This document shows, piece by piece, positions 30,422 to 40,228 of a DNA stretch of 64,000 bases. The position numbers and the translations under genes are program-made. Numbering within the stretch: the stretch's first letter is position 1; each line of letters opens with the position of its first letter. Source of the stretch: a phage; sequence record PZ445450.1; one strand, given 5' to 3'. Below the pieces are notes generated by a model. The model searched no databases. It was not told the origin of the DNA and saw only the letters and a program-made list of their open reading frames with translations.

Positions 30422-30759
30422 GTTTGTGGAGAAATATCGTTAACTACGTGTGCGGCAATCCAACTCCTGAAGAGAAGGATGTTGTGATTCACGATTTTAC
30501 TAAAAGATCTCGTGAAAAAGATCTACTGCTAACAAAGGTGACTGATAAAGATCCTGCAGTAGGGGACTGGGCAGGTTTTGCGTTTACATCGGACAAATAC
30601 ACCTTTAACAAAGGTGACTACCTTGTTGTGGATTTTAACGAAGACATTGAGGGTGCTGAACCTTACTATCAAACCCTTATTGTTGCAGGGTGTGTTGATC
30701 TCTCTGCAGGCATGCACAGTTTGATTCTTTTTGAGCTTGACTCTGAAGACCTTGAGTAG
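30418..30759 (+). CDS. Hypothetical protein
   Basis: 113-aa ORF overlapping helicase stop. Confidence 0.4.
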   Translation: MSLWRNIVNYVCGNPTPEEKDVVIHDFTKRSREKDLLLTKVTDKDPAVGDWAGFAFTSDKYTFNKGDYLVVDFNEDIEGAEPYYQTLIVAGCVDLSAGMHSLILFELDSEDLE

Positions 30760-30819
30760 TAAGATGTGAGTATAAAGGGGAGGCACTCCTCCCCACAAAA
30801 ACTAAGGAAGCACTAAACG

Positions 30820-31122
30820 ATGAAACGTTATAAACCATACACTTTTGAAATCGATTTCGAACTTGACGATATGTTTACTGTGGAAGCTCAGGCAGTTGTC
30901 CAGTTGCCAGACTCGGAGTGCCGTGACTCTGATGTTGACTATTACGGGTTTAGACAAATTACCGATGTGCGTGTTTACCACAACGGTGAAGAGGTGGACT
31001 TCCACCAACTGCCAAACGATATGCGCCACTCAATTTACAAACGTGCAGCCCGTGAACTAGAGTCCTATCTGGATGCAGCGACGACAGCAGCTGCATTTGC
31101 TGAAGAAGTGGGAGGTTTCTGA
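30820..31122 (+). CDS. Hypothetical protein
   Basis: 100-aa ORF after a GC stem-loop near 30775-30792. Confidence 0.4.
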   Translation: MKRYKPYTFEIDFELDDMFTVEAQAVVQLPDSECRDSDVDYYGFRQITDVRVYHNGEEVDFHQLPNDMRHSIYKRAARELESYLDAATTAAAFAEEVGGF

Positions 31123-31517
31123 TGATTACAGGTGTGAAGATTATCCAATACCACTTAACCAAATTGGAAGATGCTGAAAAAGAGCTTGCAGAAGTTCTGA
31201 ATGGTGGATATACTTTGCTATCATGCGCCTGCTCAGACACATACGCTGTGTGGACACTTATCCGGAAGGAAGAGCCTGCGGGGATCTTGGTGCCAAACCC
31301 TAAGATCATTAGTGAGGTGGATGACTACGCTCAGGACGGCCTGCCAGAAGGCTGGGAAGTATGGGAAGGTGGTGAAAACCCTGCACCAGGTAAGTGGGTA
31401 AAATACAAACTGCGTAGTGGCGCACAGTACGCTGACTATTCTGATGACCTGGACTGGAGTCATTCTTCACCAGAATCATCTGCAAGTTCCTATGATATCA
31501 TAGCTTTTAAGGAATAA
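31122..31517 (+). CDS. Hypothetical protein
   Basis: 131-aa ORF; start overlaps upstream stop. Confidence 0.4.
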   Translation: MITGVKIIQYHLTKLEDAEKELAEVLNGGYTLLSCACSDTYAVWTLIRKEEPAGILVPNPKIISEVDDYAQDGLPEGWEVWEGGENPAPGKWVKYKLRSGAQYADYSDDLDWSHSSPESSASSYDIIAFKE

Positions 31518-31529
31518 GGAGAAGGTGGT

Positions 31530-32012
31530 ATGTCAGATTTTATGTGGAAAGTTGGTTATTCCTCCCCTGAAATGTGTAAGGCCTGTTTTGTGAAAATAGG
31601 TCGCGAGGATATCGACAAAGTGATTCTTAAGTTTCGTGATGTGGCTGTAATCGGCAACCGAGTGCTTAAGCACTTAAAGAATCTGAAGCTCACCAAAAAG
31701 AAGTTCTTTGGACTTTTCGAAGAGAAGGTTGATGCTTGGACCCATTGCATTCAGGAAGCTAAATCTCACTACAGTGCTATCATTACCCCAGAACGGGTAG
31801 CCAAGATGGAAGGATTCATAAACAGCACAGAGTTTGAGTGCCTGAAAGCTGCACTTGATAGTTATCCGAAATGCCTCAAGCACTTGGACAAGTATGTAGA
31901 AAAGGATGGGGAAATGTACCTAACCCTGGACGCATATTATGAGATGCAAGAAATTTTAAATTTAGATTTGACATTGGTATCCACCGAGTATACAATAGGT
32001 ATCCGGGTTTAA
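31530..32012 (+). CDS. Hypothetical protein
   Basis: 160-aa ORF with GGAGAAGG RBS. Confidence 0.45.
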   Translation: MSDFMWKVGYSSPEMCKACFVKIGREDIDKVILKFRDVAVIGNRVLKHLKNLKLTKKKFFGLFEEKVDAWTHCIQEAKSHYSAIITPERVAKMEGFINSTEFECLKAALDSYPKCLKHLDKYVEKDGEMYLTLDAYYEMQEILNLDLTLVSTEYTIGIRV

Positions 32013-32018
32013 CACTAG

Positions 32019-32047
32019 GCCCTGCCCGAAAGGGTGGGGCTTTTTGC
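32019..32047 (+). terminator. Rho-independent terminator (one of two identical copies)
   Basis: GCCCTGCCC-GAAA-GGGTGGGGC then TTTTT; identical 23-mer recurs at 42168. Confidence 0.7.
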
Positions 32048-32063
32048 ATTAGGAGACAGCAAA

Positions 32064-32828
32064 TTGAAATTCATCTACAAAGAACACTACCACAAAGGTG
32101 TTGTGTGGAGTCTATTTGACGGGTCTGGTGGTGCAGTTATTGACTGGGCAAAAGCTGGGTACCTGTGCCTGTGCTTTAATGCAGAAGGTGCTGACCACGG
32201 CAGTTATGCAGAGGTGATAACCGATCATCCTAACATTCACTATGTGGATTATTGGATTGACCCATGGTTCCCTCAAGAAACTTTTTGCATGTATCCAGCT
32301 CCAGACTTTATTCTTGCATTTCCTCCGTGCACGCATTTAGCAGTATCCGGAGCTGCACACTTTAAGAAAAAGCTGGCTAAGGACCCACTGATCCAAATTA
32401 ATGCTGTGAAAGATGCTCGGGTTGCGGAAGAGTTGGGAGAGATTTACGATTGCCCGTGGCATGTAGAGAATCCTGTAGGGGTTATGTCCACACTGTGGCG
32501 AAAACCTGATTACCGTTTTCATCCTTCGGATTATGGTGGGTATTTACCGGAGGATGATGTAAACCCCTGGTTTCCTGAATTTATAGCTCCACGTGATGCC
32601 TATCCAAAAATAACTTGCGGCTGGATAGGCAATGGATTTATAATCCCGGCCACAAAACCTGTCCCGCAAATAGTTGACGCGGTTAGCGGGTATTCCATGC
32701 AACACGCCAAGCTGGGTGGAAAGAGTGCAAGAACGAAGATGATCCGAAGCCTCACGCCACGTGGCTGGGCAAAAGCCGTATTCTTAGCAAACGAGCCTGT
32801 AGTAAGGAGCAGAATTAATGGGAAGTAA
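32064..32828 (+). CDS. Compact C5-cytosine DNA methyltransferase-like protein
   Basis: Motif I LFDGSGG, motif IV-like FPPCTHLAVSG (Thr where Gln is usual), motif VI HVENPVG, C-terminal RSLTPRGWAKAV; start tentatively TTG 32064 after AGGAGA. Confidence 0.5.
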   Translation: MKFIYKEHYHKGVVWSLFDGSGGAVIDWAKAGYLCLCFNAEGADHGSYAEVITDHPNIHYVDYWIDPWFPQETFCMYPAPDFILAFPPCTHLAVSGAAHFKKKLAKDPLIQINAVKDARVAEELGEIYDCPWHVENPVGVMSTLWRKPDYRFHPSDYGGYLPEDDVNPWFPEFIAPRDAYPKITCGWIGNGFIIPATKPVPQIVDAVSGYSMQHAKLGGKSARTKMIRSLTPRGWAKAVFLANEPVVRSRINGK

Positions 32829-34896
32829 ATTTATGGCATCTGCATACAACCGTTTCGGTGAGCCAAACCCGAAAGCAACTAAGTATAAAAGTGGGGGAAG
32901 TGTGAAACGAGACTATCGTGATGAAAAAGAGGTTGAAACTGTAGAGACTGTTTTAGAAAATACTAAAATCGTCCCTGTCCCACAACAAAATATCGGTCTG
33001 ATGGCTGCACAATATTTTGGTGTGCGATCAGCATTGTCCCAAGAAGACGGTGTGACAGTTACTGCAACATATTTCCCATATTACGACCGCTACGGAAATC
33101 TGTCCGGTTTCAAAAAGCGTGACTGGACGATTCCTAAAGAGCAAAGAGGCCATTTCTCCGTTGTTGGCATAGTAAAGGCTAACTCTCAGATGTTTGGTCA
33201 AAAGCTGTGTGCATCTTCCAACAACCGTAAGCAGATTAACGTTTGTGAGGGAGAAGGTGATGTTATTGCAGCATGGCAGGCTGCATATCAGATACAAGTA
33301 AAAGGGATTCTCACCAACGCTAAAGCCCCAGCAAAGGTGAAGCAGTGGGCTAAAGAGGTCCAGGACGGGATCGACGCAGTTATCAACGGTGGTGATCTGG
33401 CAGGAAAACCCTGCCTGCCTTTTGTTGGAATTAACTGTGGATGTGCAAACGCAGTAGATACTTTTGCAAACAATGAGAAGTTTATCCGTAGCTATGGAAC
33501 AGTTGTGCTGGCAATGGATAACGATGCAGCTAACGAGGTAGAGAAGCAAAAACACGTCATTAAAGGTGTTGAGGCTACGCACAATATCGCAGCATTTTTG
33601 ATGGCTGATAACGTTTACCACGTAGAGTACCCTGGTGAAGTAAACGATCCTGACGGTGTAAAAGATATCCGTGACATGCTGAAGGCTAAAAAGCTGGAAG
33701 ATATTGTAAACATGTTCCGGCATCCTGTTAAGTATGTACCGGATGCTGTATCGGATTTAGAAGACTTCTCTATCGAATCTTTGCGGAAAAAGACTTCCAA
33801 CGGGGTAGATATCAGCGCAGAGTTCCCAAAACTGCAAAAAATGCTAAAAGGCTTGCACAAAGGGACACTCGTAATGCTTACAGGTCCATCAGGAGGCGGT
33901 AAAACAACTGTAGCTAAAAAACTGGAACACTGTATTGCAAGATACCTAATGGACCCGACATGTCCAAAGGCTGATGATTACGAAGAGGATGATCGTCTAT
34001 GCATGATTCATCTTGAGGAGGACCCAGAGGAAGCAATTAACTCCTTGTATGCAAACCAGTTAGGGTTTGATGTTAAAGAGTTTGTTGAAGATCCTAGCCA
34101 GTTTTTAACTGATCAAGAACACGCAGAGATTCACCAATCATGGGCAAAAGCTGGAAAAATCAAAGTGTTCAAACATTTCGGGTCTATTCCGGTGGACGAG
34201 TTGATTACCAAGCTTAAGCAAATGGTTTGCCTGTACCATTGTCGTTATATTGTGCTGGATCACCTGTCCATGGTAATTTCGGGGCTTAATGTTAAGGATG
34301 AGCGAAAAGAGCTGGACATGGCTATGACCCAACTGGCTGCGTTTTGTAAGCAGTTTAACGTGTTTATCTTGGTGATCGCTCACCTCAAACGTACAGAGAT
34401 TGTGCCTCCTAAAGACAAGGATGGTAACCCGTTACCTTTCTGGTATCCTGTGCGAAAAGAGAATTTGCGAGGATCGGCTGGGCTTGAACAGTTGAGTTGG
34501 GTAGTCATAGGTGTCGAGGCCGAAGAAATGGTGGATCGTTCTCGTGGGCGTGTCCGTTTAGTAGGTCTTAAAAACCGTCCAGCAAAAACATTGGGTATTG
34601 CAGACACTTTGGTTATGGACCCACATACAGGTAAGTTTCATGATGCCAGTAATTGGTACTGGGACAAAGAAATGCAAATGTTTACAGATGGAGAAGGTGG
34701 GGAGGTTGTTTGGAGACCTCAGGCTATGTTTGAGGATCAGGAGCATGCAGTTGTAGAAACACCTATGGGCAAGGTTGTGGCTGATAAGGTTGTAACTCCT
34801 ACTGTTAAGCCTGTTGACACACAAGAAGACCTTCCGTATGATGATCCGTCCTCTGACCCTGTTCCTGGTTTTGAAGACGATGAAACACCTTTTTAA
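32818..34896 (+). CDS. Bifunctional primase-helicase (T7 gp4-like)
   Basis: TOPRIM-like CEGEGD; DnaB-family Walker A LTGPSGGGKTT; 692 aa. Confidence 0.75.
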   Translation: MGSKFMASAYNRFGEPNPKATKYKSGGSVKRDYRDEKEVETVETVLENTKIVPVPQQNIGLMAAQYFGVRSALSQEDGVTVTATYFPYYDRYGNLSGFKKRDWTIPKEQRGHFSVVGIVKANSQMFGQKLCASSNNRKQINVCEGEGDVIAAWQAAYQIQVKGILTNAKAPAKVKQWAKEVQDGIDAVINGGDLAGKPCLPFVGINCGCANAVDTFANNEKFIRSYGTVVLAMDNDAANEVEKQKHVIKGVEATHNIAAFLMADNVYHVEYPGEVNDPDGVKDIRDMLKAKKLEDIVNMFRHPVKYVPDAVSDLEDFSIESLRKKTSNGVDISAEFPKLQKMLKGLHKGTLVMLTGPSGGGKTTVAKKLEHCIARYLMDPTCPKADDYEEDDRLCMIHLEEDPEEAINSLYANQLGFDVKEFVEDPSQFLTDQEHAEIHQSWAKAGKIKVFKHFGSIPVDELITKLKQMVCLYHCRYIVLDHLSMVISGLNVKDERKELDMAMTQLAAFCKQFNVFILVIAHLKRTEIVPPKDKDGNPLPFWYPVRKENLRGSAGLEQLSWVVIGVEAEEMVDRSRGRVRLVGLKNRPAKTLGIADTLVMDPHTGKFHDASNWYWDKEMQMFTDGEGGEVVWRPQAMFEDQEHAVVETPMGKVVADKVVTPTVKPVDTQEDLPYDDPSSDPVPGFEDDETPF

Positions 34897-34911
34897 TGTT
34901 TAACCAAGAGT

Positions 34912-34940
34912 GGGAGGGGTAGTACAACCGCCTCCCCTTT
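34912..34940 (+). terminator. Stem-loop, possible terminator
   Basis: GGGAGG/CCTCCC stem with 13-nt loop then CTTT; weak U-tract. Confidence 0.35.
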
Positions 34941-34954
34941 AAGGAGAACACTTT

Positions 34955-37732
34955 ATGAGTATGTATAGCTTCGATTTTGAGGCCTCTGGGCTTTTGGAAG
35001 ATCCAGACCTTTATTATCACTGCGGCCTGTTTAAAGCGTTGAATAAGAACCGTTTTATGCTGTTCCTTCCTCTGAATGACCGCACACACTACTCCGAGGA
35101 GGATATAGAAAAGGCTAAGAACTTCATTCTGGCAAAGAAAACTCTTTATAAAGATTTTGAAGTTCGCATAGCAGATTTTTCGGAGTTGGAAGGTTGGCTT
35201 ACAGGCAATTCTGACTGGTCACCAACAGCTTTGAACTGCCATAACTGCTACAGTTATGACTTTATGCTAATGGAAAGATTATCCGGTATTCATTTTGATA
35301 TGTTCCGTGATCCTAAATGCATGGGGACTATCAACGACCACCAGGTTAACCTGTTTGATACGTTGGCTATGAGCCGAATCTTGTGGCCTGATCGCCCTTT
35401 ACCAAAAGGTTGTCCGGACGCTGTATTCAACCCGGTTACTAAGAAAATGCAACCTGTTGGTCCTCACGGCCTTATGGCATGGGGCTACGCCCTTGGTAAC
35501 CAGAAAGTTCAAATTGATGACTGGCGCGATCTTCCGCTGTGGAAATATGTGGATCGTGTGTTCGAGGACGTTATCATCCAGGAGTTGCTCTGGAAAGAGT
35601 TGGTAGCGGAATCAAAAGGTGTATTCTACGGCAAATCTGACATGCAGAACTTTATGTATGACCCTGCCAAAGAGAAGCCTAAAGGATTCAAGAAGATTAC
35701 CTGGAAGAATGCATTACGCCGAGGCATGCTGCAGCATTTCCTGATGGAGTTGCAGGCTCGACAGGGTGTGTATTTCGACATAGATGGGGCTATTGCTTTA
35801 CGTGACCGCTGCGATGCGTGGATGAAAGAGATCGCTGATCGTGTTGAACCACAACTTCCTTTAAAAGAGTTATCAATGTCTCAGCGGCCTAAGTTCCCTG
35901 AAAAGCCGTTTAACCAGGATGGGACAATCTCCAATAATGGTTGGAAATGGTTAAAAGACAAGCTTGGCTACCCTGTGGACATGAGTGCTTTAGAATTCAA
36001 AGCTCCTCCTAAGCGAGCATTTACCTCCACAGGAGATGTCAGTAAGATGGGGATAAAATGGTGTGAAGAGATGGGCTGTAAAGACCCTGATAAGATGGCG
36101 GATTTCTTGAGGGGCTATATCAAGGGCACCTCCACACCACAACCTTTACCTAAAGAGCTAATGGATCAGGCAATAAGCGATCTACAGCAGAAGCGAATGC
36201 CTGACTGCAAGATACCTATGAAAATCAGCAATCAGGACGATATTAAGCGATACCTGATCAGTGCTGGTTGGCTTCCGACAATGTGGAGAACTAAGGATGT
36301 AACTAAAGACAGCAAGAAGAAAGCTCTACCTGATGCAGATGTTGATGCACGAGTGTATGCATATATGGACGAGCTTTTAGAGTCAGAGTATTGTGACCTA
36401 ATTATCAACTTCTGGAACAAAACTGATGCTAAGTTCCAGACAACCGTGCACAAGTTCCGAAGCTTTCCTAACTCCGAAAGGATTAAAAAGGAAGTATTCG
36501 GGAAAATACGTAGAAAAGCTAGGGCACTTATTACTTCTCCGCAACTGAAAGATACGTTTGGACACCTATGCCCGAATCTTGAAAAATTGAACGGAGAGAT
36601 GGCTAAAGATATCGTCTTGTGGTTATCATTGCGAAACCGCAGATCGGTCCTTGATCCAATCAAGGAGGATAAGGTTGATACTGGTCTTCTTAATCACCCA
36701 CGTTTGAAGATTGACCATAAGCTTCCTGCTAAAAGTTCTGGATTAACAAACACTTCCCGACAGAAACACAGTATTTGTGCAAACATGCCTAAACCATCTC
36801 CTAAAGTGGTTATGGGTAAAGAGATGCGTAGTCTGTGGGGTGTTCCTCCAGGATACTTTGAGATCGGTATTGACGGGTCCAACTTAGAGCAGCTTATCGG
36901 GGCTTGGGGTGCCTTTGAGTTCGACAACGGCTTGTACTATGATGTTGTAAGTAACGGAGACGCACACCAAAACAATGCTGAGGCATATACAAAAGTAGCA
37001 GGCAAAGAGGTGTCTCGTAACGACGGTAAACCTATCACGTATGGGGTTATGTACGGGGCACAAAAAGATAAAGTTGCAGATATGCTGGATATCTCCCCAG
37101 AGTTGGGGCAAAGGGTGATCGATGCACTTTGGGATGCCAACCCCGGTCTTAAGGGGCGCAAAGAGGATCTGGAGAAATTCTGGGAAGCAACAGGTAAGAA
37201 GTTTATCTACTCTTTTGATGGTCATGCTATCTGGACCCGATCTAAACACTCTTTACTTAATGCATACCAACAAAATGGTGGTGCATCGCTGTGTGACTTA
37301 GTTGGGATACTCATGCACCACCAAATGGTGAAGCGTGGGTGGTACGATGAAGGTGTCCGTCGTATTATTTATTACCATGATGAGTACCAACTTCAGGTCC
37401 CTGACACACCTAAGTATAAGACTGTGTACACCTTCGACACAATTGAAGAATTGGAAGCATTTAAGGCAGAGCAGGAGGCCAAACTTCATGTGTTCGACGG
37501 TCATAAGTACAAAAAGGCACGCAAGGATGAAAACGGAAACGAAGTGGTTGACAGAGACGGAAACACGGTGTACGATCCTATCCTGAACGATGACGGAAAG
37601 CTTGAACTTATCTGGAGCCCTGTGGGTGAAATGGTGGTGCATTGCTTCTGGCAAGCTTCTAAAATGATGGGCGTTCCATTCCAGATCACAGGTGAATACT
37701 TGTGCGGTCGTAACTGGGGTGATTGTCACTAA
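34955..37732 (+). CDS. Family A DNA polymerase (Pol I/T7-type)
   Basis: Motif A-like IDGSNLEQLIGAW, motif B KPITYGVMYGAQ, motif C YYHDEYQL; 925 aa. Confidence 0.75.
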   Translation: MSMYSFDFEASGLLEDPDLYYHCGLFKALNKNRFMLFLPLNDRTHYSEEDIEKAKNFILAKKTLYKDFEVRIADFSELEGWLTGNSDWSPTALNCHNCYSYDFMLMERLSGIHFDMFRDPKCMGTINDHQVNLFDTLAMSRILWPDRPLPKGCPDAVFNPVTKKMQPVGPHGLMAWGYALGNQKVQIDDWRDLPLWKYVDRVFEDVIIQELLWKELVAESKGVFYGKSDMQNFMYDPAKEKPKGFKKITWKNALRRGMLQHFLMELQARQGVYFDIDGAIALRDRCDAWMKEIADRVEPQLPLKELSMSQRPKFPEKPFNQDGTISNNGWKWLKDKLGYPVDMSALEFKAPPKRAFTSTGDVSKMGIKWCEEMGCKDPDKMADFLRGYIKGTSTPQPLPKELMDQAISDLQQKRMPDCKIPMKISNQDDIKRYLISAGWLPTMWRTKDVTKDSKKKALPDADVDARVYAYMDELLESEYCDLIINFWNKTDAKFQTTVHKFRSFPNSERIKKEVFGKIRRKARALITSPQLKDTFGHLCPNLEKLNGEMAKDIVLWLSLRNRRSVLDPIKEDKVDTGLLNHPRLKIDHKLPAKSSGLTNTSRQKHSICANMPKPSPKVVMGKEMRSLWGVPPGYFEIGIDGSNLEQLIGAWGAFEFDNGLYYDVVSNGDAHQNNAEAYTKVAGKEVSRNDGKPITYGVMYGAQKDKVADMLDISPELGQRVIDALWDANPGLKGRKEDLEKFWEATGKKFIYSFDGHAIWTRSKHSLLNAYQQNGGASLCDLVGILMHHQMVKRGWYDEGVRRIIYYHDEYQLQVPDTPKYKTVYTFDTIEELEAFKAEQEAKLHVFDGHKYKKARKDENGNEVVDRDGNTVYDPILNDDGKLELIWSPVGEMVVHCFWQASKMMGVPFQITGEYLCGRNWGDCH

Positions 37733-37781
37733 TGTAAACTATCAGCACAGGGAGGTGCTGTTGAGCAAAGAGGAGACTTTT

Positions 37782-38066
37782 ATGGTAGTAGAGCCAACAA
37801 AAACATTTACATCCATGACCATTCCTGTTATTATGCAGGTGGAGTGTGTTCAGGTATCTCAAGTGTGGCCTGGCACCAAAATCCCAACAGGGCCTGATTT
37901 CTTTCAGGTTGGGAAAGTGTACAATGTCTGGAAGGCACCAGATTGTTACCCTTTCATTAAAGATGACCGTGGGATGCTGTGGTATCTTGGAAATGACTTG
38001 ACACTGCACCTTGGGAATGCTATTATTGCAGTATTCAGACTTAACAAGAAGGAGACCGATCAATGA
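37782..38066 (+). CDS. Small protein, paralog family X (1 of 3)
   Basis: ATG 37782 after AGGAGA; FQVGKVYNVWKAPDCYPFIKDDRGMLWYLGND shares a pattern with the next two ORFs. Confidence 0.45.
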   Translation: MVVEPTKTFTSMTIPVIMQVECVQVSQVWPGTKIPTGPDFFQVGKVYNVWKAPDCYPFIKDDRGMLWYLGNDLTLHLGNAIIAVFRLNKKETDQ

Positions 38067-38290
38067 CGACTTTGGTTAAAGCTACCTTTGTAGAAGAAAA
38101 GATGACAGACCTGTCATTCTTTAAAGAAGGAAAGACCTACGAGGTTTATTACGATAAAGCTCGTGCAAACAAAATGATTAAAGACGAGGAAGGGGTTGCC
38201 TGGTATATCTCTCACCTGGCAAACGGTGAGTATCATATCTACGGAACCACTTTGCTTGCCAAGTTTGTAGTTGTTGAAGAGGACCTATGA
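38063..38290 (+). CDS. Small protein, paralog family X (2 of 3)
   Basis: FKEGKTYEVYYDK..IKDEEGVAWYISHLANG. Confidence 0.45.
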   Translation: MTTLVKATFVEEKMTDLSFFKEGKTYEVYYDKARANKMIKDEEGVAWYISHLANGEYHIYGTTLLAKFVVVEEDL

Positions 38291-38481
38291 AAGTAAAGTA
38301 TCTTGCTGAAGGTATGAATAGGTATTTTACCCTTGGTGAAGAATATTGGCCCTTTACAAACAACGGTGATGTCTACGTGAAAGATAATTTCGGCACGCCG
38401 TGGTTTCTGCACTCTAATGGGCTGGGATACTCCATTTACTGCGGTGCAGTGAACAACACAACTCTTGCAGAGTTCGTTTAG
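38287..38481 (+). CDS. Small protein, paralog family X (3 of 3)
   Basis: FTLGEEYWPF..VKDNFGTPWFLHSNG. Confidence 0.45.
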   Translation: MKVKYLAEGMNRYFTLGEEYWPFTNNGDVYVKDNFGTPWFLHSNGLGYSIYCGAVNNTTLAEFV

Positions 38482-38491
38482 AGGAGGTAGG

Positions 38492-38863
38492 ATGTTAGTA
38501 AAAGGTACCCACACAGTCAAACAACGTATTGAAGTTGAGATTGATGATTGTGAGCTGAAGCATATTTTACGGTCATGCTCCAACGTTTTGCTCCTTAGTA
38601 TTCTCCAGGAGCGAGCGGAGAACGAGTTCTTAAATGCACTGGCAGGCCGCCCTGGTGATTTCTGTGTGCGTAAGCGTGGTGACAACAAGTCATGGCTGTG
38701 GGAGATAGACGCAGAATGGGATTACCATAAAAATGAGGGTATAGATGAACCTATTCGTGAATTGACGGACAACGAGGTTCAGATGTACAATGAAGTTTGT
38801 CAGTGGGCAAAAAGTCAACAAACTTATCTTGATCCTTGGTGGATGATCGAAAATAGTCGTTGA
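38492..38863 (+). CDS. Hypothetical protein
   Basis: ATG 38492 after GAGGAGG; 123 aa. Confidence 0.45.
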   Translation: MLVKGTHTVKQRIEVEIDDCELKHILRSCSNVLLLSILQERAENEFLNALAGRPGDFCVRKRGDNKSWLWEIDAEWDYHKNEGIDEPIRELTDNEVQMYNEVCQWAKSQQTYLDPWWMIENSR

Positions 38864-38888
38864 CAGGAAGTAAGATTAGATATAAGAT
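38860..38888 (+). promoter_or_regulatory. Sigma70-like promoter (weak -10)
   Basis: TTGACA-N17-TAAGAT upstream of 38940 gene. Confidence 0.4.
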
Positions 38889-38939
38889 GCTTCACACAAA
38901 CAGAGCGTTGATTGTTTAACACTTAAGGAGACCGCTAAG

Positions 38940-39194
38940 ATGAAAATTACTCTGAAGCCAGAATGCGTTGAAAATGACCGAGCTTTTAAAGATTGCACAA
39001 TCGGTGCAATTTATGAAGCAGAGTTTTGTGAGAACCCTTTGGTAAAAGCCCTTCTGGAAGAAGGAGCTCCTCTATCACAGGAAGAGCTTGATGAGTTGGA
39101 AAACTCAGCACAGTGCCTTACCTTTAAAGATGATGAAGGAGACTCTGTCTGGTGCACTGTTAATGAAGTAGTTTTTGTAAAACCTGAACATTAA
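38940..39194 (+). CDS. Small protein, paralog family Y (1 of 2)
   Basis: KPECVENDRAFKDCT..KDDEGDSVWCT pattern shared with 39258 gene. Confidence 0.45.
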   Translation: MKITLKPECVENDRAFKDCTIGAIYEAEFCENPLVKALLEEGAPLSQEELDELENSAQCLTFKDDEGDSVWCTVNEVVFVKPEH

Positions 39195-39197
39195 TGC

Positions 39198-39226
39198 TTG
39201 ACAACAGTCATAGGGCTTACTATAAT
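39198..39226 (+). promoter_or_regulatory. Consensus sigma70 promoter
   Basis: Exact TTGACA-N17-TATAAT. Confidence 0.7.
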
Positions 39227-39257
39227 GGCCCTATCAAAACGAAAGGGGACCACAGCA

Positions 39258-39530
39258 ATGACCAAACAATATCAACGAATTAAAGCCAAGGTTAAGCCAG
39301 ACTATCTGGAGAAGGACTCTGCTTTTCGGGACTGCACAGCTGACAAAGTTTACACAGGGGCCGTCCTGTTGAACGATGAACTTGAAGTAGATATTCTGGG
39401 TAAAGAGGCCACTATTAAGGACGACCAAGGCGATTATGTTTGCTGCACCACACGTGAGCTAGAAATCTTAGAATACTTCGGTGAAATCTTCACCTCTCTT
39501 GATGATTACTTAGATGATGAGGAAGCGTGA
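39258..39530 (+). CDS. Small protein, paralog family Y (2 of 2)
   Basis: ATG 39258 downstream of the promoter (track start 39198 lies on the -35); KPDYLEKDSAFRDCT..KDDQGDYVCCT. Confidence 0.45.
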   Translation: MTKQYQRIKAKVKPDYLEKDSAFRDCTADKVYTGAVLLNDELEVDILGKEATIKDDQGDYVCCTTRELEILEYFGEIFTSLDDYLDDEEA

Positions 39531-39919
39531 TGAAAAATATTTGGGATATCGATATCTTTGAAGCCTCTAAGCTTGATGGTGCTGATGGAGTGATTATGGT
39601 GTCTGATGGCAAGGCAACACTAACTTCCGGAGATATCATCTATGCCTTGGACGAGCTGGCGCTTCTGAAATCTACCGGTAACACTTTAGAGGAGCGTCTT
39701 CAAGGCTTCGCCTTCAAAGAAGGCACAAATACCGCCATGATGTGCACCACACGGACAGTTCAAGTTGGTAACGGTGTCTATATGATCATTGCTGTGTGTC
39801 CTAAATTCAGCAACGTCAACAAAGATGATGCTGACGCTGTCAACGATGTGGTTGTTCTCTTCGTGGGTGACGCTATGGCAGATCTGATGAATGCAGGAGA
39901 AGCAGCAAATGAAGACTGA
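39527..39919 (+). CDS. Hypothetical protein
   Basis: 130-aa ORF overlapping upstream stop. Confidence 0.4.
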   Translation: MMKNIWDIDIFEASKLDGADGVIMVSDGKATLTSGDIIYALDELALLKSTGNTLEERLQGFAFKEGTNTAMMCTTRTVQVGNGVYMIIAVCPKFSNVNKDDADAVNDVVVLFVGDAMADLMNAGEAANED

Positions 39920-40211
39920 AAACATCACCCCCGCAGGGTTCTTAAAAGTATACCGTGAACTGCTATATACTACAGAGGACAGTGTTCTAGAGTATCCAGA
40001 ATATCTTTTGCTGTATAAGTATCTGCAGGAGGCTGGTGAAAATCTGCCAGTTAGTGCAGAAGGTGGTCCGAACTGGATATACAGCGCATGGAGAAAGGTT
40101 GACATTCTCCCCGACCCAGGTAAAGATATGGTAGTTTGGCAGCTTATTAACAACATCGGGATTCCAATCTTTGATGAAGCTGTTAAAATCTATTTTGAAC
40201 TTGACGATTAA
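39909..40211 (+). CDS. Hypothetical protein
   Basis: ATG 39909 after AGGAGA; overlaps upstream stop. Confidence 0.4.
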   Translation: MKTENITPAGFLKVYRELLYTTEDSVLEYPEYLLLYKYLQEAGENLPVSAEGGPNWIYSAWRKVDILPDPGKDMVVWQLINNIGIPIFDEAVKIYFELDD

Positions 40212-40228
40212 TATCAGGAGACCTTAAG

